From Yuukianura sp. NJ FZ-2021 (Eukaryota), in assembly GCA_046563655.1 (NCBI GenBank), contig CM102289.1, positions 3,844,001 to 3,908,000 on the forward strand: DNA of 64,000 bases. Reading direction: 5' to 3'. Under the pieces are notes generated by a model that saw only the letters and a program-made list of their open reading frames with translations, searched no databases and was not told where the DNA came from. The position numbers and the translations under genes are program-made. Of this stretch, positions 27,689 to 38,000 are shown piece after piece (within the stretch, counting starts at the first letter, position 1; every line of letters begins with the position of its first letter).

Positions 27689-28288
27689 ATGATCAAAGTT
27701 CTTCTTCTGTTGCAATTTGTTGCTCTTTTTGGGCTGGTTTGGGGAAACTCTGTTTTCAATGAGTATCTGGCGGCTTCGCAGCGTTATGAGGCAAAGGGGA
27801 CGCTCAACAAAGGTGCTGCCTGTAACTACACAGATGAAAAGCGACACTATGCTCTTGAGCTAAACTTAGATACCACGATGTCACAGATGACGAGCATCGG
27901 TGACCTGTTGACGGCAGCGCGGTCCATAGACGCCTTTACCAATTCGGTGTCAGCGATTTGCAACCAAAGCAAGCTCCTGCGGTGCAACAAGGACACCAGA
28001 ACATGCGACTGTTTTCAGGAAATACCCGATGTTCCTTTAAACGCCACCACCACGATGGTCAACGGTCAGTGCAAACTTACTGAAGGGTCAACCTGTATTC
28101 CAACCGATGGAGCAGACAACTGCCAACCTGGAACAAGTTGCAAAATTGCTGCTGATGGATCAGTCTGCACCACGACCAGTGTCGCTGCTACTCTTGTTGC
28201 TGCAAATAAATATCCAGCCTTTGACAGTGTCACGCTCTTTCGCGTCAGTTACAATGAGCTGATTGCCGGAATTTGCAAGTGCCTTTAA
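27689..28288 (+). CDS. Secreted 12-Cys protein of unknown family, copy 2 (199 aa, intronless)
   Basis: About 24 aa differences from copy 1; same length, all Cys kept. Confidence 0.85.
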   Translation: MIKVLLLLQFVALFGLVWGNSVFNEYLAASQRYEAKGTLNKGAACNYTDEKRHYALELNLDTTMSQMTSIGDLLTAARSIDAFTNSVSAICNQSKLLRCNKDTRTCDCFQEIPDVPLNATTTMVNGQCKLTEGSTCIPTDGADNCQPGTSCKIAADGSVCTTTSVAATLVAANKYPAFDSVTLFRVSYNELIAGICKCL

Positions 28289-28928
28289 AAGTTAGTAACA
28301 AAATGAGATTTCGGGAAACAAAAAAAATTACTCCAGAATAAAAACTTATTTTAATTGCATCTCTTTAATCTATGTTGTACATATTACTATGTTTAATTTC
28401 AAATTGAACACATCTAATTTGTACTGAAAACATTTAATTGAATTTAAAATTATTTATATTAGAAATCACATGCCGAAAAAAATAATTTCTGTTTTCAACT
28501 TGAAATAAACACTGTTAAAACTATTTCAGTGTAAAAAGTCTTTTTTTCTTCCGCAAGGAAAGAAATTATTCGTGTGCAAAGAAGAAAGCAAATCTTAAAT
28601 TTGAGAACTACAAGCGGCGTACATTGAAGTACTATATTAAAGTGAGTGGCAACTTACAAATCACGATACTTTTTGAAATCTGCAAAAAAAAGTGCTCACT
28701 ATTTTCTTCTTGCTTTATTGTTTAAAAATTTTTTGTAGGAGTTCATGTAAAGGCCTACCGGAAATTTAGGTTTTCAGTTACTTCAAAGCGACAAAAGTAT
28801 GAATCCAGACTGTTTGATAATCGAATTAATGCTATTGATTTTTTATCGGGATATTATCAAATATGACCAGTCTACTTTTTCAAACAATTTTATTGTTGGA
28901 CTCTTAACAAATTTCATAACGCAGCAAA

Positions 28929-29958
28929 ATGTTGGACGAGCGTGTTGTAGCGCTGTTGTCAGCATTTACAAAGTCTGGTTGCATCTTCGGCTGTTTCCCA
29001 TGAAAATTTGAACAAACTGAAGACGGATGAAGCTGGACGGTGGTTTACTGCAAAAGACCTAAAAGTCGACATCTGAATCACTTAACCTTTTGACAAGGTC
29101 ATCAATTCATGTCACCTTTTGAGTTGTACTACTCATCTTTTGGAGATATAACTCCAATCCAATTTTGCTAATCCGGAAACGTAGCAGGTGATATGGTCAG
29201 AAATATTTGGTCAGAAGTGAAATGATCAGAAGTGAAAAGGTCAGAATTCAAAAGATCTCAGGTTAGGTTTGGTTACGTTCCTTCCTTTTCTGACCTTTTT
29301 TTTCTGATCATTTCACTTTTGATCTTTTCACTTTCTGACCAAATCACATGGAACCTCCGGAAATTGTGCTGCAAATTCTATTTCTAATTGTAATCATTTT
29401 CCAATCTATGAATTCACAACTTTATTTCTTTTTACAACCAATTCGAGCTGGAGGCTACTATGTGGCATTGTATCGCAAGGATTATGTCCAAGGTTTGTTC
29501 CGAATTACGATTTTTCAATATTCAGCTTTAAAATTCAAAGTCCTACAAAACTAAAAACTATCGGTTTGTCTTATTTTTGGAATGTACAAATATCGTCATT
29601 TCAGGGCCATTTCGTCTAGAAACCTAAGTGTGGAGGTCACAGCGAGTCTATACAGAACTCATCAAGTGTTTCGCATAATCGCTGCGGAAACCGTGCGCTT
29701 TAACTTGCCCATCATTTTGAGCATGGCGCTAGTTGTGATGATTATGTCCATGACTGTCGTCATTCTGTTCCACGCAAAATTGTGTCCTGTGATGGTTAAG
29801 TATCGTACTGGCATTTTTGGTCACAGCAGGCGCGACGACGTTTTGCGTCTACATCGCAAACGGAATGTCAGAAGCAACGAGACATGTCATCAAAGCTGCT
29901 CAGATGACTCTTACCCGGCACCAGGATTACGGAACTACAGCGTCAAAAATAGAACGGC
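28929..29958 (+). pseudogene. Chemoreceptor-like (GR/OR superfamily-like) pseudogene, 5' part
   Basis: MLDERVVALLSAFTKSGCIFGCFP*KF..., hydrophobic helices PEIVLQILFLIVIIF and LPIILSMALVVMIMSMTVVILF; stops, frameshifts and a MITE insertion; reading frame resumes after the LTR element. Confidence 0.6.
29180..29355. mobile_element. Foldback-type MITE with 8-bp TSD
   Basis: TCCGGAAA direct repeat at 29172-29179 and 29356-29363; imperfect TIR gtgatatggtcagaaa / tttctgaccaaatcac; ~13-bp subrepeats ggtcagaagtgaa inverted across a central ggttaggtttggtt. Confidence 0.75.
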
Positions 29959-30927
29959 TGTAGCGACGATGTCCTTTCTTATTTTAACAGATTAAATTTT
30001 TAAGTTTGAGAGTCCTAAATGGGATTCCCAAATGGATGTCCAAATGGGACTCCGATTTGGACTTCTGGGCTGGAGTCCCAAAAAGACTCCTAAACTGAGT
30101 CCTAGGTCGGAGCCCCAAAAGGACTCCTAAACCGGAACCCCAAAAAGACTCCCAAATCGGAATCCTAAATCGACTCCCAAATTGGAATCCTAAATCGACT
30201 CCTAAACCGGAGTCCCAAAAAGGACTCCTAAACCGGAACCCCAAAACCGTCAGCCAGTAATCGTCTACACCCTCCCCTTATGGGCGTACCCGTAGTTAAG
30301 CTCCTTCTAGTGTTAGCAGCATAGACTAGTGTTTTTCCCTTTGTCAGCCCTTCCCCCTTAAGTTATACGTTCACAGTAGAATATAAGTCTTTCATTCAGT
30401 TGTTCAGGGATAGGAAGGAGTAAGATGTTGCCCCCCGACACCACGTTGGGAGGTAAAATCTTGCTTCTTCTGACTCCCCTCTGTCCCTATAAAAACCCTG
30501 TGCAGTTCAGTTTCTCGAGTTCAGTAAATTTCCAAAAAACACTCTCTTGGCCGAAGGCCCTCTTGGACACCGCTCTCATTCATTCTCGAGCACAGGAATC
30601 CCAAAGTGAACCCCAAATGGAAGTCGAAATTGGAATCAGAAAGTGAACCCCAAGTGGAATCCCAAATTGGAATCCGAAAGTCAACCCTAAGTGGAGTCCC
30701 AAATTGGAATCCAAAAGTGAACCCTAAAAGGTGGAAGCCCGAGATCGGAAATTGGTGAGAGTTAGTCATCTGGGGTACTGTTTGATGGTAGTGTTTAGCC
30801 GGCTTTACAACCCGATAAGCACAATTATACCATAGTCCTCCTCATCCCGTTAGCGTTTGGTTGCGTTGAGTCCGGCAGTTCAGTTTTCAGTATCGTGCGC
30901 TCAAATTCAGGAGTTATCGAAATTACA
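29959..30927 (+). repeat. 5' LTR (969 bp)
   Basis: Begins TGTAGCGACG, ends AATTACA; no difference seen from 36887-37855; internal 12/13-bp tandem arrays; TATAAAA at 30488. Confidence 0.97.
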
Positions 30928-30945
30928 TGGTCCTTCGAACCGGAT
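30928..30945 (+). promoter_or_regulatory. Primer binding site, complementary to the tRNA-Tyr 3' end
   Basis: TGGTCCTTCGAACCGGAT immediately after the 5' LTR; typical of BEL/Pao elements. Confidence 0.85.
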
Positions 30946-31133
30946 CGACCCAGCCATCTGACGAGCAGTAAGCCGAGGAAGACATCCCACTTGGACCACC
31001 ATTCATCACCTTTTTATAAGGTCTATGTGAGCACCGAGCCAGCTCCAAAAAACCTACAGGGCTCTTGAACAGGTGATATCGTCCCAAACTTGACATTCCA
31101 TTACAAATCTAATTCCAGTAAACGTTTTCAGCC

Positions 31134-34100
31134 ATGGCCGAATCAGAAACAAGACAAAGCAAGAGGGAGAAGAAGGCTCCAGCACATCTCCAGGATTACG
31201 AATGTGACCTTCCACATTCATCTCAAAACCCACCCAGCGAAGAATTGGCAGACACTGAGGCCGATACCGTCATATCAGTCAGGGCAAGTCCACGGGGAAT
31301 TGTCACTCAACCAGAAGATGACACCAGAAGTGTTGCGTCACACGTCAGTCACACGTCGGTGAGGTCAACCATCAGAAAGAAGCAACGAGAACTGGAATTG
31401 GCAGCACGGATCAAGATGATGGAAGAGGATCGGAAGATTGCCCAGCTGGAAGCGGAACGACAAAAAGAGGAGGTAGAACGAAAGAAAAAGATTGCAGACG
31501 AAGAAAGAAAATTGGCAGAGATGGCCGCCGAACAAGACAAACAGATTATTGAGATGAAGCTAAAGATGGAGTTAGAGAACCTGGCGGACGAAGAACAGGA
31601 TATAATGGAAGAAATGGGAATCGTTGAGTGGCCTCAGCAGGTGGTGAGCCGTCCACACATCCAGAAGAGGGCTACACAGGATTGGGTCAACAAAGTTCCC
31701 TCAGGTCCACTATCTCCCGTTCCTTCACCAGTACCATCAAATCATTCAGACAAGGAATCTCAACCGCCAGTATCAATTCACCAATCAGAAATTGCAACTG
31801 CAGTCACCCAGGCCGGAGAAGCAATGGCCGTGGCTTTCAGTAAGGCATTGGAACAAATGAAACCAGTAGTCACTTCTCCACCGGTAGTCACTTCCTCCAC
31901 TTCAGAAAAAGTGTTGGCAAGAAAGGCTTACGGGAGTGATCTTCCTCAGTTCAGCGGTCGTCCAGAAGAATGGCTAGTCTTTCACGCAGCGTACACGCAG
32001 TCATCCGAGAAATGCGAGTTTTCAGACTACGAGAATCTACAACGCCTTCGACGCGCACTAAAAGGAGAGGCACAGAAAGAAGTCGAGTGTCTACTACAGA
32101 ACCCAGGGAATGTTCCGAAGATCATGGAAAGTTTGGAGCTCCGCTTTGGCCAGCAGGATCATATCCTTACGCACTTCTTATCAAAGCTCCAGACGGTTCC
32201 AGTCTTGAAGGAGAATGACTTGGATTCATTGATTACCTTTGGAAGACATGTTCGAAACCTTATGGAAACACTGAGAGGATTCTGCGCAGAGTCAAGTTTC
32301 AGCGACTTTCAAATGCTTGCGACCTTGAAGAAGAAATTGCCCGTTAGCTTGCAGTTGGAGTGGGCGAAGGAGTCTGCCACAGAAAGGAATCCCTCATTAC
32401 AGAATTTTGAAACTTGGATCATGCAGAAGGTACGTCTGGCCTGCAGCATTTCAACACCAAAGTTTAAGGAGGAGAAGTCAAAGAGTGACCGGCAGACCAG
32501 CAGATCCGTCCTCACAACAGAACAGAAAGGCGTTTCCCAGTCCACTCCAAGCACGTCTCAGTCCTCGTCTCAGCCACAGCAGCAGAAGTCAACTCCAAAC
32601 ACACCTCAAGCTTCGCAACAACAACAACAGCAGTCCACTCCGAAAGTTACCCGCTGTCAACACTGCCAGACAGATGGACATCGCATCCATGCTTGTGAAC
32701 AGTTCAAGAAGGCCAATTTGGAAGCACGCCTCAAGACAGTCAAGGACCGAAAACTTTGCTATGGATGTCTCAATTTTGGTCACGGAACGAAGGAGTGCCG
32801 TGCAAAGAAGAAATGCACAGTCGGGGACTGTAGCTACTTCCACCACCAGCTTCTACATCGGGAAACAGCTCCTGCTACTAACCACGTCGCACCCCTACAG
32901 CTTCACGTCTCCAGCCAAATCACCTATCAGGTTCTTCCCGTCACTCTCAGGAGCCCAAAAGCCGAAGTCTCTACTTACGCTCTGTTAGATTTGGGATCCG
33001 GGTACACCCTACTGGATGAAGAACTTGCCGACCAACTCCAACTCCACGGAAAGAAACAATCGCTAGGTTACTCTACAATTAGCCACAGTCAGGGGTCAGA
33101 AATCCCTTCACGCTCAGTATCTTTCAGTATCGTCAACCCCACCAATGGAGATTCATTTGAGGTAACCAATGTACGTACCTTCCCATCTCTTAATCTTCGT
33201 GCCGGCACCGTGACTCCGTCTCAGCTAGCAGAATGGAAACATCTCGACAAATTGCCTCTTCCATTATACTCAGATGTCCGGCCGAAGATCCTGATTGGAA
33301 TTCCACACCGTAAGCTAATTTCACCAATTAAGATCGTCAAAGGTAGTGAGGATGGTCCGGAGGCGTGGAAGACGCAACTCGGTTGGATGGTCTACGGGGA
33401 GATGGCTCTTCCGGCAGAATGCAAATCAGCCAACTACATCAATGGAGTCTACAGTCTCACAGAAGCAGATCCACTACATCAGTTGGTTAAACAATACTTC
33501 AGCACCGAAGAGTTTGGTGTCAGACCCACCACCTCTTCTCCTTACACGAAGGATGAGCAGAAAGCTGAAGAAATTGCCATGAGAACACTACGACGAGTCG
33601 GAGACAGGTTCGAGATCGGGCTACTATGGAAGGACGAGAAAACAACGCTGCCTGAGAGTAAGACAATGGCCCTCCAGCGTCTCTCATCCATCGAGAGAAA
33701 ACTCGACAAAGATCCTGTCTACGCCAAGAAGTACTGCGAGAATGTTCAACACTACATCGACTCAGGCTACCTCCAAGAGATGACAAAAGAAGAAGCAGAG
33801 ACAGTGACCCCGCGGACTTGGTTTCTTCCACACTTTGGAGTCACCAAGGCAAGCAAACCAGACAAGCTCAGATTGGTCTTTGATGCAGCAGCCACAAGCC
33901 ACGGAATCAGCCTCAATTCGACATTATACAGCGGACCAGACATTCTCAGACCCCTACCATCAGTTCTTTGCAAATTCAGAGAGAGGAAGATCGCAATCAC
34001 AGCCGACATCAAGGAGATGTTTCACCAAGTCAGGATGCGTGAAGAAGATCAACTTAGCCAGAGAATCCTTTGGAGAGGAATGGATCGAGTCAACCCCCCA

Positions 34101-36836
34101 GACCAGTACAAGATGGCAGTTATGACATTTGGAGCAACCTGTTCGCCTTACTGTGCACAACTTGTCAAAAGAGAAAACGCCATGCAGTTTGCCGAGAGAT
34201 TTCCAAGAGCAGTAGACGCAATCGTCGCTCGTCACTACGTGGACGATTTGTTGGATTCATGTGACACTACAGCAAAAGCCTTCATCCACTTCCAGGAAGT
34301 TTTCAAGATTCAGAAACATGGAGGCTTCCATCTCTGCAACTGGGCTTCTAACGATCCTACCTTCATCCATCAGATTCCCGAAGATCTTCGCTCCAAGTCT
34401 CAGAAGTCATTTGGAAGCAAAGACACCATGGCCAGTGAGCGGATTCTCGGACTCGAGTGGAACCCCGGAGAGGACTTCTTCACATTCTCTACCAGCTTCT
34501 TCAAAGTCAGGAAGGAGATCCTCAACGGACAGGAATCGCCGACGAAGAGAGAAGCCTTGTCTGTGGTAACGTCAGTTTTCGATCCACTGGGATTTGCAGC
34601 AGTCCTCACAGTCAAGGCTAAGATCCTGTTGCAGTTAGCTTGGCGTGCCGGAATTGGATGGGACGACATCCTACCAGAATCACTGTGGACAAAATGGAAG
34701 GAATGGATTGCAGACCTCCAGAGAATCTCCTCCTTCAAGGTACCTAGATGTTACTCCCTCCACTTCTCCACGGCAAAGGAAATTGAACTCCACGTCTTCT
34801 GCGACGCCAGCGAGTTGGCCTACTCCGCCGTAGCATATTTCAGATTGGAATCCGGCGAAACTTCCTTCGTAGCTGCCAAGACAAGAGTTACTCCCCTCAA
34901 GGCCATGACCATCCCAAGATACGAACTACAGGCAGCATTGATGGGAGCCCGACTCTCTCACTCCATCAAGGAATGGCACAGCATCCAACCGACACGCTGT
35001 TTCTACTGGACCGACAGCCGAACCATCATGTGCTGGCTTTCAATGGACTCGTGCCGGCTCAAGCAGTTTGTATCCAACAGAGTAAGTGAGATTCTAGACT
35101 TAACCAAGAAGACAGACTGGAACTGGATCTCCACCCATGAAAATGTCGCCGATGAAGCCACCAGAGACAGAGACCCATGCGATTTCTCATCAGACAGCAG
35201 ATGGCTGAACGGACCCAACTTCCTGAAGCTTTCCAGAGGTCAATGGCCCATCGGACAACCACAAGAACTGAGGGAAGATCCAGAGATTCTCGAAATCAAG
35301 AAGGAGTTCTGTGGACATGTGGAGAACTTGAAAAAGACAGCAGGTGAGTGTCCATTCGACATTTCACGATTCTCTTCATGGACACGACTCATCAGAGCCA
35401 CCGCCTACCTTCTTCGTGCAGTCCGGTATGGATTTCGTGGATGCAGTCACCCCTATCCACCATTCGCAATTGCTGAGATCGTAGAGTCAGAGACGTTTTG
35501 GTGGAGATGGGCTCAAGCAGAATCCTACCCGGAAATCGTTTTAGCCTTCCGGATGAAAGACCAAGTAAGAGCAGCCAAACATCAACTTCACACACCACTT
35601 CGAGGCTTATCAATCTACATGGATGACACTGGAGTCCTTCGTCTCAAAGGCCGTGTACAAGCTGATGTCCCGATTGGAAACTTGGAGCGAAATCCTGTCA
35701 TCCTTCACCCGAAACATCCCTACACCATCCTGATGATCAGACACTACCACGAAAAGGCAGGACACCAGAACAAAGACACAGTTGTTAATGACCTCAAACA
35801 ACGTTTTTGCATTACGAGTCTCCGAGAAGCAGTCAAGAAGGCCTGGTTCAACTGTCAATGCTGCAAGAATAATCGTGCCCGTCCAATTCCTCCAGAGATG
35901 GCTCCATTGCCTTTGGCACGACTCGACAGCTACCAGAGACCCTTTACTCGAACAGGCGTTGACTACTTTGGACCCATGCAAGTGACTATTGGAAGAAGAC
36001 ATGAGAAGCGGTACGGTGCCCTGTTCACTTGCCTTGTTACCCGTGCAGTCCACCTAGAATTAGCCGGATCACTCTCCACTGATAGTTTCATCATGGTTCT
36101 TCGTCGCTTCATCTCTCGCAGAGGAAATCCAGCCCACATCTATTCAGACAACGGTACCAATTTCGTCGGTGCAAACAATGAACTTCAGAAGTCGATCAAA
36201 GAACTAGACCAGGAGAAGATTCGTGCCGAGATGAACATCCGGTCCATCGAATGGCACTTCAACCCGCCATACGCCCCACACATGGGAGGAAGTTGGGAGA
36301 GGATGGTACAGTCAGTGAAGAAAGCCCTCCATGCAGTATTGAAAGAAAGAACACCCCGAGAGGAGACGCTGCTGACCTTCCTGACAGAAGCCGAGAACAC
36401 CGTCAACAGCCATCCACTCGTGTATGTTGACTCAGACGTAGAATCAGAAGAAGTCCTCACTCCCAACCATTTTCTCATCGGGACACCCAACGGATACCAA
36501 CCACCAGGAGCCTTTGACGATGGAGACCTCATTCCTGGGAAGCAGTGGAGACTTGCCATGCGACTAGCTGATCATTTCTGGGGACGCTGGATCCGTGAGT
36601 TCCTCCCCACCTTGACCAACCGCCAGAAGTGGATCGACAAGGCCACCCCCATCAAGGTCGGAGACGTGGTTCTCATCGTGGACGATTCCCTTCCCCGGAA
36701 CTGGTGGCTGAAAGGCATCGTCGAGGAGGTCCCAGAAACCGAAGATGGACAGGTGCGTTGGGCCAACGTAAAGACAACAGCTGGACACTACAAGAGACCC
36801 GCTACAAAATTATGTGTTCTTAAAGTTTCTCAGTAG
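31134..36836 (+). CDS. BEL/Pao Gag-Pol polyprotein (1900 aa): Gag, three zinc knuckles, aspartic protease, RT, RNase H, integrase
   Basis: CQHC..H..C, CYGC..H..C and CTVGDC..HH knuckles; ALLDLGS protease; ADIKEMF and YVDD RT; FCDAS RNase H; H-H-C-C plus DYFGP/SDNGTNF/GGSWERMV integrase; PR-RT-RH-IN order; no env. Confidence 0.97.
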   Translation: MAESETRQSKREKKAPAHLQDYECDLPHSSQNPPSEELADTEADTVISVRASPRGIVTQPEDDTRSVASHVSHTSVRSTIRKKQRELELAARIKMMEEDRKIAQLEAERQKEEVERKKKIADEERKLAEMAAEQDKQIIEMKLKMELENLADEEQDIMEEMGIVEWPQQVVSRPHIQKRATQDWVNKVPSGPLSPVPSPVPSNHSDKESQPPVSIHQSEIATAVTQAGEAMAVAFSKALEQMKPVVTSPPVVTSSTSEKVLARKAYGSDLPQFSGRPEEWLVFHAAYTQSSEKCEFSDYENLQRLRRALKGEAQKEVECLLQNPGNVPKIMESLELRFGQQDHILTHFLSKLQTVPVLKENDLDSLITFGRHVRNLMETLRGFCAESSFSDFQMLATLKKKLPVSLQLEWAKESATERNPSLQNFETWIMQKVRLACSISTPKFKEEKSKSDRQTSRSVLTTEQKGVSQSTPSTSQSSSQPQQQKSTPNTPQASQQQQQQSTPKVTRCQHCQTDGHRIHACEQFKKANLEARLKTVKDRKLCYGCLNFGHGTKECRAKKKCTVGDCSYFHHQLLHRETAPATNHVAPLQLHVSSQITYQVLPVTLRSPKAEVSTYALLDLGSGYTLLDEELADQLQLHGKKQSLGYSTISHSQGSEIPSRSVSFSIVNPTNGDSFEVTNVRTFPSLNLRAGTVTPSQLAEWKHLDKLPLPLYSDVRPKILIGIPHRKLISPIKIVKGSEDGPEAWKTQLGWMVYGEMALPAECKSANYINGVYSLTEADPLHQLVKQYFSTEEFGVRPTTSSPYTKDEQKAEEIAMRTLRRVGDRFEIGLLWKDEKTTLPESKTMALQRLSSIERKLDKDPVYAKKYCENVQHYIDSGYLQEMTKEEAETVTPRTWFLPHFGVTKASKPDKLRLVFDAAATSHGISLNSTLYSGPDILRPLPSVLCKFRERKIAITADIKEMFHQVRMREEDQLSQRILWRGMDRVNPPDQYKMAVMTFGATCSPYCAQLVKRENAMQFAERFPRAVDAIVARHYVDDLLDSCDTTAKAFIHFQEVFKIQKHGGFHLCNWASNDPTFIHQIPEDLRSKSQKSFGSKDTMASERILGLEWNPGEDFFTFSTSFFKVRKEILNGQESPTKREALSVVTSVFDPLGFAAVLTVKAKILLQLAWRAGIGWDDILPESLWTKWKEWIADLQRISSFKVPRCYSLHFSTAKEIELHVFCDASELAYSAVAYFRLESGETSFVAAKTRVTPLKAMTIPRYELQAALMGARLSHSIKEWHSIQPTRCFYWTDSRTIMCWLSMDSCRLKQFVSNRVSEILDLTKKTDWNWISTHENVADEATRDRDPCDFSSDSRWLNGPNFLKLSRGQWPIGQPQELREDPEILEIKKEFCGHVENLKKTAGECPFDISRFSSWTRLIRATAYLLRAVRYGFRGCSHPYPPFAIAEIVESETFWWRWAQAESYPEIVLAFRMKDQVRAAKHQLHTPLRGLSIYMDDTGVLRLKGRVQADVPIGNLERNPVILHPKHPYTILMIRHYHEKAGHQNKDTVVNDLKQRFCITSLREAVKKAWFNCQCCKNNRARPIPPEMAPLPLARLDSYQRPFTRTGVDYFGPMQVTIGRRHEKRYGALFTCLVTRAVHLELAGSLSTDSFIMVLRRFISRRGNPAHIYSDNGTNFVGANNELQKSIKELDQEKIRAEMNIRSIEWHFNPPYAPHMGGSWERMVQSVKKALHAVLKERTPREETLLTFLTEAENTVNSHPLVYVDSDVESEEVLTPNHFLIGTPNGYQPPGAFDDGDLIPGKQWRLAMRLADHFWGRWIREFLPTLTNRQKWIDKATPIKVGDVVLIVDDSLPRNWWLKGIVEEVPETEDGQVRWANVKTTAGHYKRPATKLCVLKVSQ

Positions 36837-36877
36837 AAGACATCGCTTAATTTTAGTATGAACGTGTACGTTCATAC

Positions 36878-36886
36878 GGGGGGGAG
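36878..36886 (+). promoter_or_regulatory. Polypurine tract
   Basis: GGGGGGGAG directly before the 3' LTR, preceded by a 10-bp-stem hairpin at 36856-36877. Confidence 0.85.
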
Positions 36887-37855
36887 TGTAGCGACGATGT
36901 CCTTTCTTATTTTAACAGATTAAATTTTTAAGTTTGAGAGTCCTAAATGGGATTCCCAAATGGATGTCCAAATGGGACTCCGATTTGGACTTCTGGGCTG
37001 GAGTCCCAAAAAGACTCCTAAACTGAGTCCTAGGTCGGAGCCCCAAAAGGACTCCTAAACCGGAACCCCAAAAAGACTCCCAAATCGGAATCCTAAATCG
37101 ACTCCCAAATTGGAATCCTAAATCGACTCCTAAACCGGAGTCCCAAAAAGGACTCCTAAACCGGAACCCCAAAACCGTCAGCCAGTAATCGTCTACACCC
37201 TCCCCTTATGGGCGTACCCGTAGTTAAGCTCCTTCTAGTGTTAGCAGCATAGACTAGTGTTTTTCCCTTTGTCAGCCCTTCCCCCTTAAGTTATACGTTC
37301 ACAGTAGAATATAAGTCTTTCATTCAGTTGTTCAGGGATAGGAAGGAGTAAGATGTTGCCCCCCGACACCACGTTGGGAGGTAAAATCTTGCTTCTTCTG
37401 ACTCCCCTCTGTCCCTATAAAAACCCTGTGCAGTTCAGTTTCTCGAGTTCAGTAAATTTCCAAAAAACACTCTCTTGGCCGAAGGCCCTCTTGGACACCG
37501 CTCTCATTCATTCTCGAGCACAGGAATCCCAAAGTGAACCCCAAATGGAAGTCGAAATTGGAATCAGAAAGTGAACCCCAAGTGGAATCCCAAATTGGAA
37601 TCCGAAAGTCAACCCTAAGTGGAGTCCCAAATTGGAATCCAAAAGTGAACCCTAAAAGGTGGAAGCCCGAGATCGGAAATTGGTGAGAGTTAGTCATCTG
37701 GGGTACTGTTTGATGGTAGTGTTTAGCCGGCTTTACAACCCGATAAGCACAATTATACCATAGTCCTCCTCATCCCGTTAGCGTTTGGTTGCGTTGAGTC
37801 CGGCAGTTCAGTTTTCAGTATCGTGCGCTCAAATTCAGGAGTTATCGAAATTACA
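36887..37855 (+). repeat. 3' LTR (969 bp)
   Basis: Copy of the 5' LTR at offset 6928; the ORF-track peptides of both LTRs are identical. Confidence 0.97.
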
Positions 37856-37860
37856 ACGGC

Positions 37861-38000
37861 GTCTACTTTCTTCAATGCAACCGCTGGAGTGAAATATTGG
37901 CGGATTGTACCTCGTATCGTCTGTAACGATTCCCACGCTGTTCAGCCAAGTCGTTCTGGACAACACTATCAATATCATAGTTGGCTACACTCAGATATAG
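37861..38000 (+). pseudogene. Chemoreceptor-like pseudogene, 3' end
   Basis: Removing the element plus one TSD gives ...ASKIERRLLSSMQPLE*NIGGLYLVSSVTIPTLFSQVVLDNTINIIVGYTQI*, a 7TM chemoreceptor-like C-terminus. Confidence 0.65.

Larger units (their letters stand above)
25834..28743 (+). repeat. Direct tandem duplication, two units of ~1.45 kb (25834-27284 and 27285-28743)
   Basis: Both units start aaccgac(c/g)cttgtatt(g/c)ccgcttaaac and end tttttgt(c/a)ggagtt; the intergenic DNA is clearly alignable. Confidence 0.93.
29959..37855 (+). mobile_element. Full-length BEL/Pao LTR retrotransposon
   Basis: Two 969-bp TG...CA LTRs, 5-bp TSD ACGGC (29954-29958, 37856-37860), PBS, PPT and an intact gag-pol ORF. 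Confidence 0.98.

Noticed and set aside
26149..27847. Duplicated antisense ORFs MSLFICVV...
   Set aside because: Antisense shadows of the duplicated secreted-protein genes, with different lengths in the two copies
29984..30769. Short ORFs in the LTRs (also 36912-37697)
   Set aside because: Products of the 12/13-bp tandem arrays; duplicated only because the LTRs are duplicated
31349..36823. Many antisense and alternate-frame ORFs within gag-pol
   Set aside because: Shadow ORFs of a long GC-richer coding region; no env-like or other recognisable domain
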